DNA from: Ruditapes philippinarum
Taxonomy: Eukaryota
Direction: 5' to 3'
DNA length: 64,000 bases
NCBI RefSeq assembly: GCF_026571515.1
Contig: NW_026861373.1
Span: 1 to 64,000, forward strand
Shown piece by piece: positions 12,201-23,151 of this stretch (position 1 is the stretch's first letter; each line of letters starts with the position of its first letter). A model generated the notes under the pieces. That model had not been told where the DNA came from. It ran no database searches and worked only from the letters and a program-made list of their open reading frames with translations. The position numbers were made by a program, and so were the translations under genes.

Positions 12201-15200
12201 CATTGAGCAAATATCTGTGTTTTGTTATTTTGAAATTCAAGCATTTTCCTTCTTAACTATTATGCCACCGCAACATCTATAATTTATACCAAACTTACTA
12301 AGATTGTTCCTTGGGTGAGGGGCCTCCAAAATTGTTCAAAGAATTGAAAATCTGGGTGCCATGACAAATTAAACGAATTATAAGAAATTCAAAAAAAAAA
12401 TCTTTTAAAAACCCAATAGAGCAAGAACATTGATATTTTGCATAAGGCATTGTCTAGTGTACCTCTTCAAATATTGTTTAAATCAAAGCCTGGGGTAAAA
12501 ATTGGCACCGCCCCTAGGTAATGTGTTTTCATAAATGACTACATAGACTAGAGCTTAGATGTTAAGCATGAAACATTGTCTTGTAAACCTCCTTTTAGAT
12601 TATTCAAATTATAGCTTAGGAGTCAAAATTTGCGCTGCCCTAGGAGGTCATGGCTTTTCTCCAAATCATAGTTAAATAATGAAAGGAAACAACTCGTGTT
12701 GGAGTGTCATTTTACATGTGTACATAGTATGTTTTTTTTCTGAAATAATAATGAATCAATAGCTTTGAGTTTGTGTTAAGGTCATAAGGTCTAGAAAGGG
12801 AGATGTTTTAAATTAATTTTCAAAGCTGTTTATAAACTGATTTGATATCATGACCTCTAGCGATATAGATGTTTGGTTTGTAGGGAAATTTACGTAATGA
12901 TTTGAGCACATTGTAAACAATTATTTATTTTCTGTAACAACTCTCAAATAATATTTTCTTTCCTTATAATGTCCGTCTGAATCAAACACAATTATTGTCT
13001 TCCTTGATATACACAACCTTTAAAAATGGCGGCCAGTTCATTAAGCCTGGTCTAATATAATTTTGCAGTAATTAACGGAAATGAGATCGGATGGTGTGAT
13101 TTTTTATTTTACTAGTATTTTTTGTTTTAATTATTAAAATAAGAGATCATTCATACTTTTTAAATAAAATAGATAATATCATCGCCATTTAATGTTGATT
13201 ATCGGACTTATTTTGCAGCTCAAGACATCTTGAAATTCGACTTAAATTGTGGCTAAAAGTGGGGAAAACAGCTTTTAAAAATTAAAGCTTATATTGAGGA
13301 AATTTCATTTATACTGTCTAGTTTTTATGTATAAAATAAAAAGAAAATTTGTTTGTAAAATGTAATTTTATTTTACACACAAACGAACAAATATCCTCTA
13401 TGTAATACTGTAAATACCTAAATGTTTGTCTATTTTAAATCAATTATAAATTTATAATTGCACTATGGCCTTTGTATCTAAACATTTGACACATCTGCAC
13501 ATTGTCTTTTATTTCACATGCTTAAATATTACATTTAAATCCAAATTTACGAGATACTTCTGGATTTTGGTAAAATTTAATTGTAAAGAAACAAAACAAC
13601 TACTTCTTTTCCTACTATTACGTATTGTGCGGTGGCATATCATTTTTCACAAACGTTGCTCTTAATACAGATTATGTTTACCTCAGGGAAGATCATAGCT
13701 ATCAAAAAAAAATCATTTTTTTAAATAATTAACACATTTTACTCTCGGACAAATGAAAGGTTCCATTATTGTAACGTACGTTTCCGGCTTTAATAATTGA
13801 ATTATTATGTCACATTCTTTGCCATTACAAATGTATTTCGTCTTCATTATGCAATAAAACATTTTCATAAGACAACTTATGTACACATTTTAGTTAAGTC
13901 TCAATAATTATTTTTTATTTTAACAAACGTAATCAATACTTATGTTTAATAAGTTAACATCGTGGTTCATGGATGTCGCTGAGACACTTTAAAGACATTT
14001 TCAATGGACAAATATTTCTGTAACTTTAACTTAGTTTGGTGGACCTCTGAGGACATCATATTTTGTTACCGATTTCAGGTGATACAAAGTCAAATCCCGG
14101 AGAGTTCAAAAAAGATGCCGATGACACTAACACACAAGCTGCAACGAATTGTCTGAACAAGCTTTTCCTGAGCTGCGGCGCAATAATACTCAAGAAAAAG
14201 GTTATTGGGTCTGCTTTCCGTGTTGGTCCATGTTATGTGATGACAGACTTTCATGTTATTCGTGATTTAAGTCGAGGTTAAATTTGCTTTTATTAACAAA
14301 TAGTATACATGCCTATGTAAAGGAGAATGATGACTTATATATTTTTATTAGCTTTATACTAAAACATAATCCAACCGATTTACATAGATGAAGCATGTGA
14401 TGAAATGTTCGTTTAGGATTTATGTATTTATTTATTTATTTATTTATTTAAAGATACATTTCCTTTTTGCTGTCTGCTGTACTTATTAATGGTTTGTGTT
14501 GTAGCAGTTTAATAAAAATGTTGCTATTTCTGTTAAGATCACTTTTCCACTACAAAAAACATAATTATATCCGATAATATTGTAAAAGCTTAATAGAATT
14601 CCGATCAATTTAGCTCAAATATGAAATCAACCTTTCATTTGATAAATATAAACACTGTGGTACTATGAATAAGTCTATGAAAACGATTTTGTCTCAAATA
14701 CATGTACTACAAAAATAGTATAATGTCATATAGTTTTTGTTTTTTTATTTACATTTCAGATTTGACGGGAAAAACAGACTATGACTTTTCACGGATTGAA
14801 CGAGAACATAATTTACATGTAAATTTCAACGGTTCTTTCATCGACAAACACAGACGGGATATTCTATTAAAATATCGATATCATGATGAGGAAAACGATT
14901 GTGCTGTACTTGAAATAAAAGATACCGACCTGCACCAGAACCTCCCGGACCCTCTATTTCTATGGAAATACGACAGCTATCATTTGCGTATAAACGAAGC
15001 TTTTCTCATAGGTTATGGTAATAAGAACAACCCAAATGAAAAACATTCTGATAAATGTATCATAATCGGAGAGGACCCTTTTAATACAAGGTATAGGGAG
15101 GCCCTAGCAAGCTTGCATCAAAATGCAGAGGTGTACAAAAATGACATACAAGAACGAGGATTTGATACATCCTCTGTAGATCGGGGATATTATGATGTTG

Positions 15201-15466
15201 AAAACGAAAGGTTATTTAAATTTGATTGCTTTTTGGAAAAAGGTTCATCAGGTGCCCCAGTTATTACAAATGAAGTAAATTCACCAAAGGTGATAGGCTT
15301 ATTTATAGGTGGTAAGCCAGATTTTTTCTATGAATTGTCTGACATGCAACAAGCCGCGTTTGAAAGGAAATATTTATTTGAGGTTGGAGTAAAAATGAAT
15401 TGGATATACCAAAGAATGGAAAGGGAAGACCCGGACCTTGCTTCTGAAATATTTCCTACAAATTAA
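123..15466 (+). CDS. Gene A: single-pass receptor-like protein, Cys-rich (TNFR-like)+EGF ectodomain, TM, cytoplasmic FAM111-like trypsin-fold serine protease (multi-exon; 5' end possibly incomplete)
   Basis: Exons 123-282, 446-570, 2099-2257, 3041-3341, 4189-4533, 4722-4800, 5355-5419, 6044-6169, 6662-6736, 7986-8030, 8682-8747, 11719-11787, 14079-14276, 14760-15466. All have AG acceptors and GT donors (one GC). Phases are compatible and the total is 2520 nt = 839 aa + stop. Triad: His 14252 (TDFHV), Asp 14897 (DCAVLE), Ser 15248 (GSSGAP). Paralog B shows the same exon layout. Confidence 0.85.
446..570 (+). CDS. Gene A exon 2 (N-terminal extension)
   Basis: tttag|AAGCA...ACAAAG|gtatgt; phase 1 to 0; same 125-nt exon at 35536-35660. 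Confidence 0.65.
1049..2085 (+). mobile_element. Non-autonomous Helentron/HINE (Pearl/CvA-like) element in gene A intron 2
   Basis: (CGTC)n microsatellite at 1246-1300, about four ~155-bp core repeats, 3' hairpin gccatgt-tg-acatggc then tcttgtt; absent from the paralogous intron of B; 5' boundary approximate. Confidence 0.75.
2099..2257 (+). CDS. Gene A exon 3 (ends with the n-region of a signal-like leader MSCTYPIRFKTY, Met 2222)
   Basis: aaag|GTTTTG...ACATAC|gtatgt; many synonymous differences from 36222-36380. Confidence 0.75.
3041..3341 (+). CDS. Gene A exon 4: hydrophobic leader VFMILLSFHLSDA plus Cys-rich ectodomain
   Basis: attcag|GTATTT...AAAG|gttagc; 7 Cys conserved with B exon 4. 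Confidence 0.85.
4189..4533 (+). CDS. Gene A exon 5: TNFR-like cysteine-rich region (CPTGYFQ...C...C...YCNYKEGYY)
   Basis: ttag|GTCATTGG...CCTA|gtaagt; 102/115 aa identical to B exon 5. Confidence 0.9.
4722..4800 (+). CDS. Gene A exon 6: Cys-rich (NGTCVLPCNPNECRDDHNYFICKQTC)
   Basis: tgtag|AT...GCCG|gtaaat; paralog 38341-38419. Confidence 0.85.
5355..5419 (+). CDS. Gene A exon 7: linker
   Basis: gcag|G...ACCG|gtatga; phase 2 to 1; paralog 38991-39049. Confidence 0.8.
6044..6169 (+). CDS. Gene A exon 8: EGF-like domain (DVAECDGEPWVCENGICKQSLNEHVCQCNPGFVIDGETGRCI)
   Basis: Six-Cys EGF spacing with C-x-C-x-x-G-F; phase 1-1 exon; paralog 40483-40602. Confidence 0.9.
6662..6736 (+). CDS. Gene A exon 9: stalk and first half of the TM helix (LATGIIFVIVTCVIF)
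   Basis: ctcag|GA...TTTG|gtatgt; hydrophobic run. Confidence 0.85.
7986..8030 (+). CDS. Gene A exon 10: second half of the TM (VCLMTIITVFC) plus basic stop-transfer TPKK; GC donor
   Basis: ttcag|TT...AAAT|gcaagt, aligned with B's ATAT|gtaagt; the GC donor keeps the frame into exon 11, whereas the nearby gt at 8035 does not. Confidence 0.75.
8682..8747 (+). CDS. Gene A exon 11: juxtamembrane cytoplasmic linker
   Basis: 66 nt, phase 1-1, same length as B 43449-43514. Confidence 0.8.
11073..11617. mobile_element. MITE with ~34-bp terminal inverted repeats
   Basis: caccgtgtttatccagttacgccggaatgtgaaaa versus the reverse complement of ttttcaaatccgacgttactggatatacacggtg; additional subterminal inverted repeats. 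Confidence 0.7.
11719..11787 (+). CDS. Gene A exon 12: linker with EEEKEHLL dileucine motif
   Basis: tttcag|AT...ATTG|gtaaga; homologous exons at 46718-46816 and 51841-51976. Confidence 0.8.
11890..12075 (+). mobile_element. Degenerate tRNA-derived SINE
   Basis: A-box-like head and agtactgg...caggaa core shared with the 39256 copy. Confidence 0.45.
12965..13400 (+). mobile_element. Interspersed element, same family as 42520-43065, with the terminal hairpin deleted
   Basis: Shared tctgaatcaaacacaattatt...aaaatggc...gctcaagac...atcctctat. Confidence 0.65.
14079..14276 (+). CDS. Gene A exon 13: protease N-terminal helix and catalytic His (GSAFRVGPCYVMTDFHVI)
   Basis: FAM111/Trypsin_2-like motif; tttcag| and |gttaaa sites. 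Confidence 0.9.
14760..15466 (+). CDS. Gene A exon 14: protease Asp and Ser motifs, stop codon
   Basis: DCAVLEI, LIGYG, FDCFLEKGSSGAPV; AATAAA at 15546-15551. Confidence 0.93.
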
Positions 15467-18400
15467 AAAATAACAGAACATGAAGTCTTGTTTCAGATAT
15501 TAAAAAAGAAACAATTTCATCAGATTTTTGAATTTGTATTCCAATAATAAATACATTCTTGTATGTCTTTATTATGATTTCTTTTCTATGTATTATTGTT
15601 TGATTTTATTAACCTTTCAATTGCATACTGATTACACGGTTAATGCACACAATATATTAATCTTCGATAAATGATCGTTTAACTTCGTGAGATGTACTCA
15701 GTAAGATTTGATTGAATTAAATTTGTTTCTATGAAATAGCTGTACTGACCGTTATAGCGCAATAGGGGAAACTACCGGTTTATATCTTCAAAATGTCCCA
15801 TCTGTTGTAAGATCTAGATCGCGTTTGTCTATGCTTTTTTATTTATATTCTCCACATTATTGAAAGTATGATTGTTTTTCTTTTTAATTTTTAATGTGTT
15901 TTGCACTTATTTTGGCAAAGACAATATACTTTTTAAATGGCATGGTTTAAGAATTTAAATTTAAATCAATAAAATTCAATACAAAACAAACAAATCTGTG
16001 TTTTTAAGTTGTTCCATATCCGTGTAGACTATTTTGCAAGCCCTAGTCATTAAAACATACTTCAAGAATCAAGAATAGTGTGAATTATCAAAACATTTGT
16101 CATATACTACAAATTTATTCTCGTAATCTATATGGACAGAACCAAAGTGGTATCGAATATTTAGATGTGTGCTTTAATGTTATCATAATTGACAGGTCAA
16201 TAAAAGCAGACTATACCGAAGCAAAATGATATTTAAACTCTTGTTTTAGATTTATAAAATATGAGGATTTAAAGTATTCGACACTTTTATCATTTTCATA
16301 AATGACATAAAAATCAGTCAAAAATATTTCATGATTTTATGTAAGTTCTATGAAGTCAAGGGATACAATTATTCCGTTAAACATTCGCTTCAATAACAAA
16401 TAATAGGCAATTTTCAATCATTATCGTCATCATGGCAGCATCGGCGATGATGACGACAAAAAGCACAACAACAATTTGATAATTTGATACAACAACATAC
16501 ATGCATACATAAAGGTTGTTAATACATGCTCCATACCATAAACATTCATTTTATACTGTGCTTACAAAATGATAATAAAACTATTTCATTTATTTTTTAG
16601 AGTAAAAATCAGATTAAGTCTTCAAACCTCGATTAAATTGGTGTAAATTGATTTTAAAAAAATACATTTTGAAGTACTTTTTTTTACGGTAATCATTAAC
16701 ATTTTAAATTTTAACCTTTTCTGAGCCCGAATTTAACTTTGAAGTAAGGAAAGGCCACCACCTTTATCACAAAATAACATTTTCCCTGAAAAAAAATGAA
16801 ATTAATTTTTAGGTTTTTCCTTTTTCCGCAGGTAATTACGGTCAAAAATCAATGGGTAAAATTGCTTAACCGCCCCCCCCCAAAGAAAAAGAAAAAAAAG
16901 AAGACAAAGGGTTTTGGGTTAGGTATGATTAAGCATTTGAAAATATAATTTAAAATAATTCAATTTTAAAAATAAACCAACTTTTTAATTAGTACTTTTC
17001 AAAAATTAGTTAGCAATCCACGTAAGTTAAAAAAATATATTTCCCATTTTAACCCTTCAATTAGGGGTGATTTGTCCTTTTCTGTTTTTGTTTAAAAGAA
17101 AAAAATTTTTAAAAAAGGGGGGGGGGAAAAATTTAGAAAAAAATTTAGATTTGGAATAAAAAGGGGGGCCGGGGCCCCGTTATTAAGGTTCGGGACTGCA
17201 TTGGTGTTTTGCCCCCGGGAACCCCCCCAACCATAAGAGGAAAATTATTAAAATAGGGTAAAAAGGGCCCCGGTGAAAATTTTAAAAATAAAAGGCGGGG
17301 GGGAACAAAAAAAAATTTTTACCCGGGGGGTTTTTAAAAAAAATTTTCATAAATAAAACTTCGCCCCGCGTTCCCGCTAATAAGCGGTTCTTCGCCCCGC
17401 CACCTCGCCAAGCGAAAAGTCGAGAATGAACAAGTTAAAATAGCAGGGGGGCGAAGCGAAACCCGCTTAATAGCGATATCGCAAATAAGCGGGTTTTCGA
17501 TTCGCGCCCCGCCATTTATTTTTTAAATCAGCCATTATAGTCATTTTACAAATTGCGCATGCGCGAAAAAATACTACTTCCGGTCATTTTTTTTCATAGC
17601 AACGGACCGCGTCGTAAAAAGGTCTATACTAAAATTATTCAACCGTTGTTTGATTATTGGGGAAATCGTATTTTATTTTATGAAGGCGTATTTTATCATG
17701 TCTTATTAACATTTTATAAGATAACTTGATGATATTAAATCAATATTATTTTACGACTAGATAGATGAAACATCCAGCTTTTCACAGGTATGGATTAAAT
17801 GAAATATAAAAAACAAGATCAACAAGGAACGCCGTTTAATGAAAACAACTAACCCAGCAACGCAGGACCACCGGCAACGTGAAAATCGTATGAATTACAT
17901 ATACGTTCTGGTTGATACCTCTGTCATATTAAGAAACTTTCTAATCGACTACATGTACATTCTATCGCAGGTGTGATTAATATAGTGTGACTTTAAACAA
18001 AAGTTATACATTCCATAGTAATTATTGTTGATTTGACCAGATGATCGAACATTTAGCGCTTTAATGTTTTTTTTTCACTTGACAAACCAAGAAAATAAAA
18101 CAATACCATGCATATATTTAAAAAATTTTTTCCCTTTGAAAAAAAATAAAATTACAAGTAAACATCACAAATCAAAATTTTTTTGATTAAAAACCTGTAA
18201 CTGTTACAAACAGTTAAAATAAATCTTTTGTTTTTTTTATAACATTGCGAGGTAATAAATTTCGTCATTAGCGGATTATAGTCGTCTTATGAAAAATATT
18301 AGTCACCGCTACGTAGCACATTGTGTACATATCATATACCGAAACGAAACCATCAACGTTAACAAAGGTAGTCGGCGGGGACAGTGTTCATCTGAACATT

Positions 18401-18729
18401 GTGTCTTTACCAAAAAAGCTGACCTAAATTTGATTTTTTAAATAATTCAATCCATGTTTTCATTTGGCCGAATAAATCAGTAATTGAGATTCCATCGTCG
18501 TAAATGGAAAACATTGACGTATAAGCAAACGCTTAAAATATAGAATAAAAGAAAGTCAAAAATGCAAATAGAAAATATCAGCCTTAAACATATTCTATTT
18601 TTACTTTTTGTTATAATAATAAATAAATGTGATGTTTTATGTTTTAATACATTCAAGCCCTGATAAGGAGGAAAAAAGAAAGGTAAATCAACCTGTTGAA
18701 CATTGTAATTTTCTGTATCCAGTTGATTT

Positions 18730-19840
18730 GCAGCTCACCTGAGCTGGCTCAGAGAGAGATTTAAGGATCGTTGATTGGTCATCGCCCGCTGTCTATCGTC
18801 CACATTTAGATCATTAAAACTCTAGTGGTCGCATTTGTGCCTCATTTGCCACCAAACTTAGTCATGGTGTAAGTACTTGCTAGGTGGGTATCTCGCATGA
18901 CAAATAAAGTCACAGGAGCTAAAAATTGAGAAATCTTGTTCGCACTCTAGTAGCTACTGCTTTGTTCCAAATATCGGGATATTGGTCAGAAAGAAAGATT
19001 GTTTTGATGATTTTTCTAGCTCATAAATGGTTGTCATATTGGGTCAGAAACAAGGTCATACAGACCAAATATGGTAAAATCTTTTTGACATTTAGCGGCT
19101 ACTTTTTAAATCTAGATATACTGGAAATTGGCCAGAAAGGTTGCAGAGGTTGATTTCTATTTCAAGTACGAGTATGGGTCACCTAAGGTACAAAAAAAGT
19201 CAATCATGGAAAGCCTTGTTAACATTCTCGAGGCTACTGTTTCGCTTTTAATATCCTAGAAATTAGCCAGAAAGATTATTTTGATGATTTCTTGTGCTAG
19301 TTGTGATATGGGTCATCAATGATCATAAACTAGGCTACACAGCCAAAATATGAAAAAAATGTTAACACTCATAGACTACTGTTCCTGGATATTGGTCAAA
19401 AACATTGTTTTGAGTTTATAAATATGGGTCATCTGGGATCAAAACCTACGTTACACAACCTAAATATGGAGAAGCCTTGTAAACACTCGAGAGGCAACAT
19501 TTCAGCCCAAACGCCCTGGGTATTAATCAAAAAGATCGATTTCTAGTTTACCTTTAAACTTGGATTATTTTTGACAGAAAAGTAGGCAACATGGCACAAA
19601 TATGAAGAAAACCTTGCTAACACTATGGACATGAAATCTTCAGTCCATAAAAAATATAAAATTCGAGTCATCTGGGGTTAAAAACTGGGTGACAACCTAT
19701 AAATGAAAAAATATTGTTTACATTTGCACTTATTCAGGTGAAGAGTGGAGATATGAACTTTAAGTTAAAGATTTATTTGCTTTCCATTCACTGTAAGAGC
19801 CTTACTAATCAACTTACCGATAAGAGGCCATCATTACCCT
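18730..19840 (+). mobile_element. Degenerate Helentron/HINE-like element with ~165-bp internal repeats
   Basis: agctcacctgagc 5' end, recurring tatgggtca...aaacc/gccttgt units, caggtga near the 3' end. Confidence 0.55.
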
Positions 19841-21640
19841 TTTGTTGGTTTTAACAGTATGAATCATTAATTATAATACACCCACCCGTGCTTTCCCCTT
19901 TTGCTCTTTCCAGTTTGTGTTTAATGCCCTGCTCGTCTCCTTGGCGACGGTATTTGTTGGGGACGCCACCCTCCCTTGTTGGCCTTTGTTTTCATTTCTT
20001 GAATTATTAGTCACTTCTTTTATGGTCCTTCCCTTTAGATTACTGTTTTAATTGTGTGTCCTATTTTATCATTATGAATATTATCAGAATAGACTATTCA
20101 GAATAGTCGGTTATTGAAGTGGATTATTTTTTTATAATTATTTATACAATTTTGTAACAAGTCTCGTTTTTATCTGTAGTGTTTCTTTCTTAGATTTTGC
20201 TAAAAGGGCAACACAATTTCGGATATATAGCATGTCTCGTTAATAGCTTTTTACTGCTATCTTAAACCTATCAACAATTGTTTTAAGTCTTCTGTAATTT
20301 TTGAATTGTGTTGATAATAACAACATTTGTTTAGAATGTCTTTATGTTTTTGTTTTGTTTTGCTTTTGTTTTCTATTTTAAATAGGCAATAAAGTGTCTC
20401 AAAGCAACACGTACCATACTTTTGCTTGACAGCTTGAATGATATTTAAGTTACAAAACGTATCAAAGCTCGCCTATGTAGTGAAGATTTATAGTAATATT
20501 TTATAAGCAATATCCTATAGAACAAATTGTCAATAGCCAATTCATATTATTAATACTGATTAAAGAAAACAAAATATGAATTTATGTTAGCTCCAACCAT
20601 ATCTTAATAAGTGATGAAATAAAGATTTATGAATATTTCTTCTTCTTCACACATTTGGAAAATACAAATGAATACAGAAACAAATTTTATTTCACTAAAA
20701 ATAAATCAATTAATCAGTAAATCAATGGATAATAATGAAATCATTCAAAACTGATTTAAAGGAAGGACACGATCGTTATGATATATACATACATTAAATG
20801 TTCTAGATTAAATAAATTTATAAATTCTACAAACAACACCCCCCCCCCTAAAAACCCAAAAACAACATGTAATTAAACATGTACAACAGCGAGTTTGATA
20901 ATTCTGTTTAATGCATGGTCTGTAAGATGCACAAGTTCATTTTTTGGTCTGCAGAAGAAACTACTTTGTTTGTCACACTGTTTTGTGTTTCAGAGTCTCA
21001 AAGGAATAAGAACACGCTTGATGTAACTAGAGAAAATGAAACATAACTGGATCATGAGTAAACAAAACTACTTTTACACAGGCAACCCGATACTGATCAG
21101 GTCGATAAAATATTGTTTTGTCGAGTGTATTTTTTTTGTATTTAGAATTTTTATATAAAGAAAACTATCAGTAAAGAAAATTTATATGAAATTTCAAGAA
21201 TTAATTAAATCAGAATATGTAACCATTTGTTCTTAGAAATATTAAAGTTTTCTTATATAATTATTCTAATTTTCAAAGGTGTAATATAATTCTTGTTGAT
21301 CAGAAGTTAAGTACTCTGTATGGAAGAAAACAAGTATAACATTAAGTTCATAAGAAACAGAGTAAAATTAGATTTAAACTTGTTTTGAAACATACAAATT
21401 ATAACGTTGAAAAAGTTTGTTTAAAAAAAGAAATACTTTAGGATTTTAAGAGTCATTTGTTTAAAAACTATTGTTTAAACTTGAATTATAAATAACGTAT
21501 GTTTAATAATAACACGCATAAAAAGACAGTTTTTAACATTTCAAACATGATTGGAGGTGATTTATGAAATAATTAGAAATGGACTCTTATCTGAAAATAT
21601 TAATAAATCAATAAAATAGTTTATTTCCTTTGTATTTAAG

Positions 21641-23151
21641 GATTTTTTAGAAGCTTTTGAAAGTCCATCAAACACTTCAAAGACGTGTTTACAAGGTAAA
21701 ATATCTAAACCAGTTACATTATTATTGTTTCATTGCATAAAATACTTTTTACCGCTCACTAAAAGTAATAATATTCCTGCTATGAAACATGTAAATGTTC
21801 TGCTTGTTGCACGTTTGGTTAAGATTTTGTAAGCTGGCTGGATATCTTCCTGGTATGAAAGAATCCAAAGATGGCGAGATTCGAACCCAGAGCGGTGAGG
21901 GACAAGTGGTTTGAAAACAACGATCTTAACCATTTGGCTATGGACGCACAATAAATGAAACTAAAAAATAAATATTTAATTGATTTAAAGGAGGCGAACT
22001 TAAAAAGGAGGTGGACGATACATTCACTCAAAGCGCAATGGCAAATCTAATCATCAGTTTAATGTCGTGTGGCGCCTTGATCAACGACGGAAATCTGAAA
22101 GGAACTGTTTTTCGGGTTGGTTCTAAATATGTGATGACGGCGTATCATGTGATAAAAGACATTAAACGTAAGTTTCTGTATTAGTTTACTGAATAATCAT
22201 GCCACAATCGTACTTTAAATATGTAAACTTTATGAAAGGGCTCAATCAAACCGAGCTGCAACATTTTCAATTTGGCCGCTTTGTGCGATCTTTAGGGATT
22301 CTTTATTTCTCTATTTTAATTGAAACAAAACCTTTTTAAAGTAGTAGCTGTGAACATAAATTTTGTGAATATGATGTGAAATCATCATTATTTAAATAAC
22401 AAAAATTATTTCCAAAGCATATTGAAAATCATAATATAAACATAACTGCATAAATATCACTTTTGTGACTTTCACAGATTTAATAGAAGCTGCATGTGGG
22501 GACATATTTGTGAATTTCGAGGAATCTGTATGTAATGTTTCCTGCGAAACGTACCGGGTGAACATTGAATTCTACTCTGAAGAAGCAGATATAGCAATTC
22601 TAGTGTTACATGTTGCGAACTTGGAGAAACTCCCAAAACCATTATTGCTGTGGCCTAAAAATGTAGATTTCCTAAAAATAAGAAACATTTCTGTTATTGG
22701 TTATGGACATGCAGACAGTCCATACAAGAAGCATTTGGAAAAATGTCAAATTCTAACAGATCCATTAACGGAAGAAAGAGTGACTGCAGCTAAGGATTGT
22801 CTGCAGAAAAAGAAAGACGAATTCATTCAAGATATAATATCGAATCGTAAAGATCATACATCTGTTGAAAGAGAATATGCAGAGTATAATAATAGTAATA
22901 TAATAAAATTCGACTGCTATATGGCAAAAAGGTTATCCGGAGGCTCAATTTTAACAAATGAACATGAGACTCCTAGAGTTATTGGCATGGTTATAGGAAT
23001 GCGACCCGAGTTGTTCTATAATATATCCCCTAATAAGCAAACCTCATTTCCAAAGGAATTTATGTTTGAATTTGGTGTAAAAATGCATATAGTGTATGAA
23101 CAACTCCGTTCAGTTAATCCTGCTCTTGCACAGGACATTTTTTCCACCTGA
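21641..23151 (+). CDS. Protease-only module X (FAM111-like): standalone cytosolic paralog or alternative 3' end of gene A
   Basis: Exons 21641/21651-21695, 21991-22167 (GTVFRVGSKYVMTAYHVI; His 22146), 22478-23151 (DIAIL Asp 22588; KRLSGG Ser 22936); AATAAA 23226. No ectodomain or TM exons seen between 15.5 and 21.6 kb. Confidence 0.8.
21830..21950 (-). mobile_element. tRNA-derived SINE fragment
   Basis: Minus strand A box tagccaaatgg and B box gggttcgaatc followed by a non-tRNA body. Confidence 0.6.

Noticed and set aside
14079-15466. Classical secreted trypsin or type II transmembrane serine protease
   Set aside because: No R/K-IVGG activation site or S1A disulfide pattern, and it lies C-terminal to a TM with basic residues on its C-terminal side.
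16650-17350. G/C/A homopolymer-rich stretch that might suggest G-quadruplex or editing
   Set aside because: Looks like low-quality read sequence with inflated homopolymers; not interpretable.
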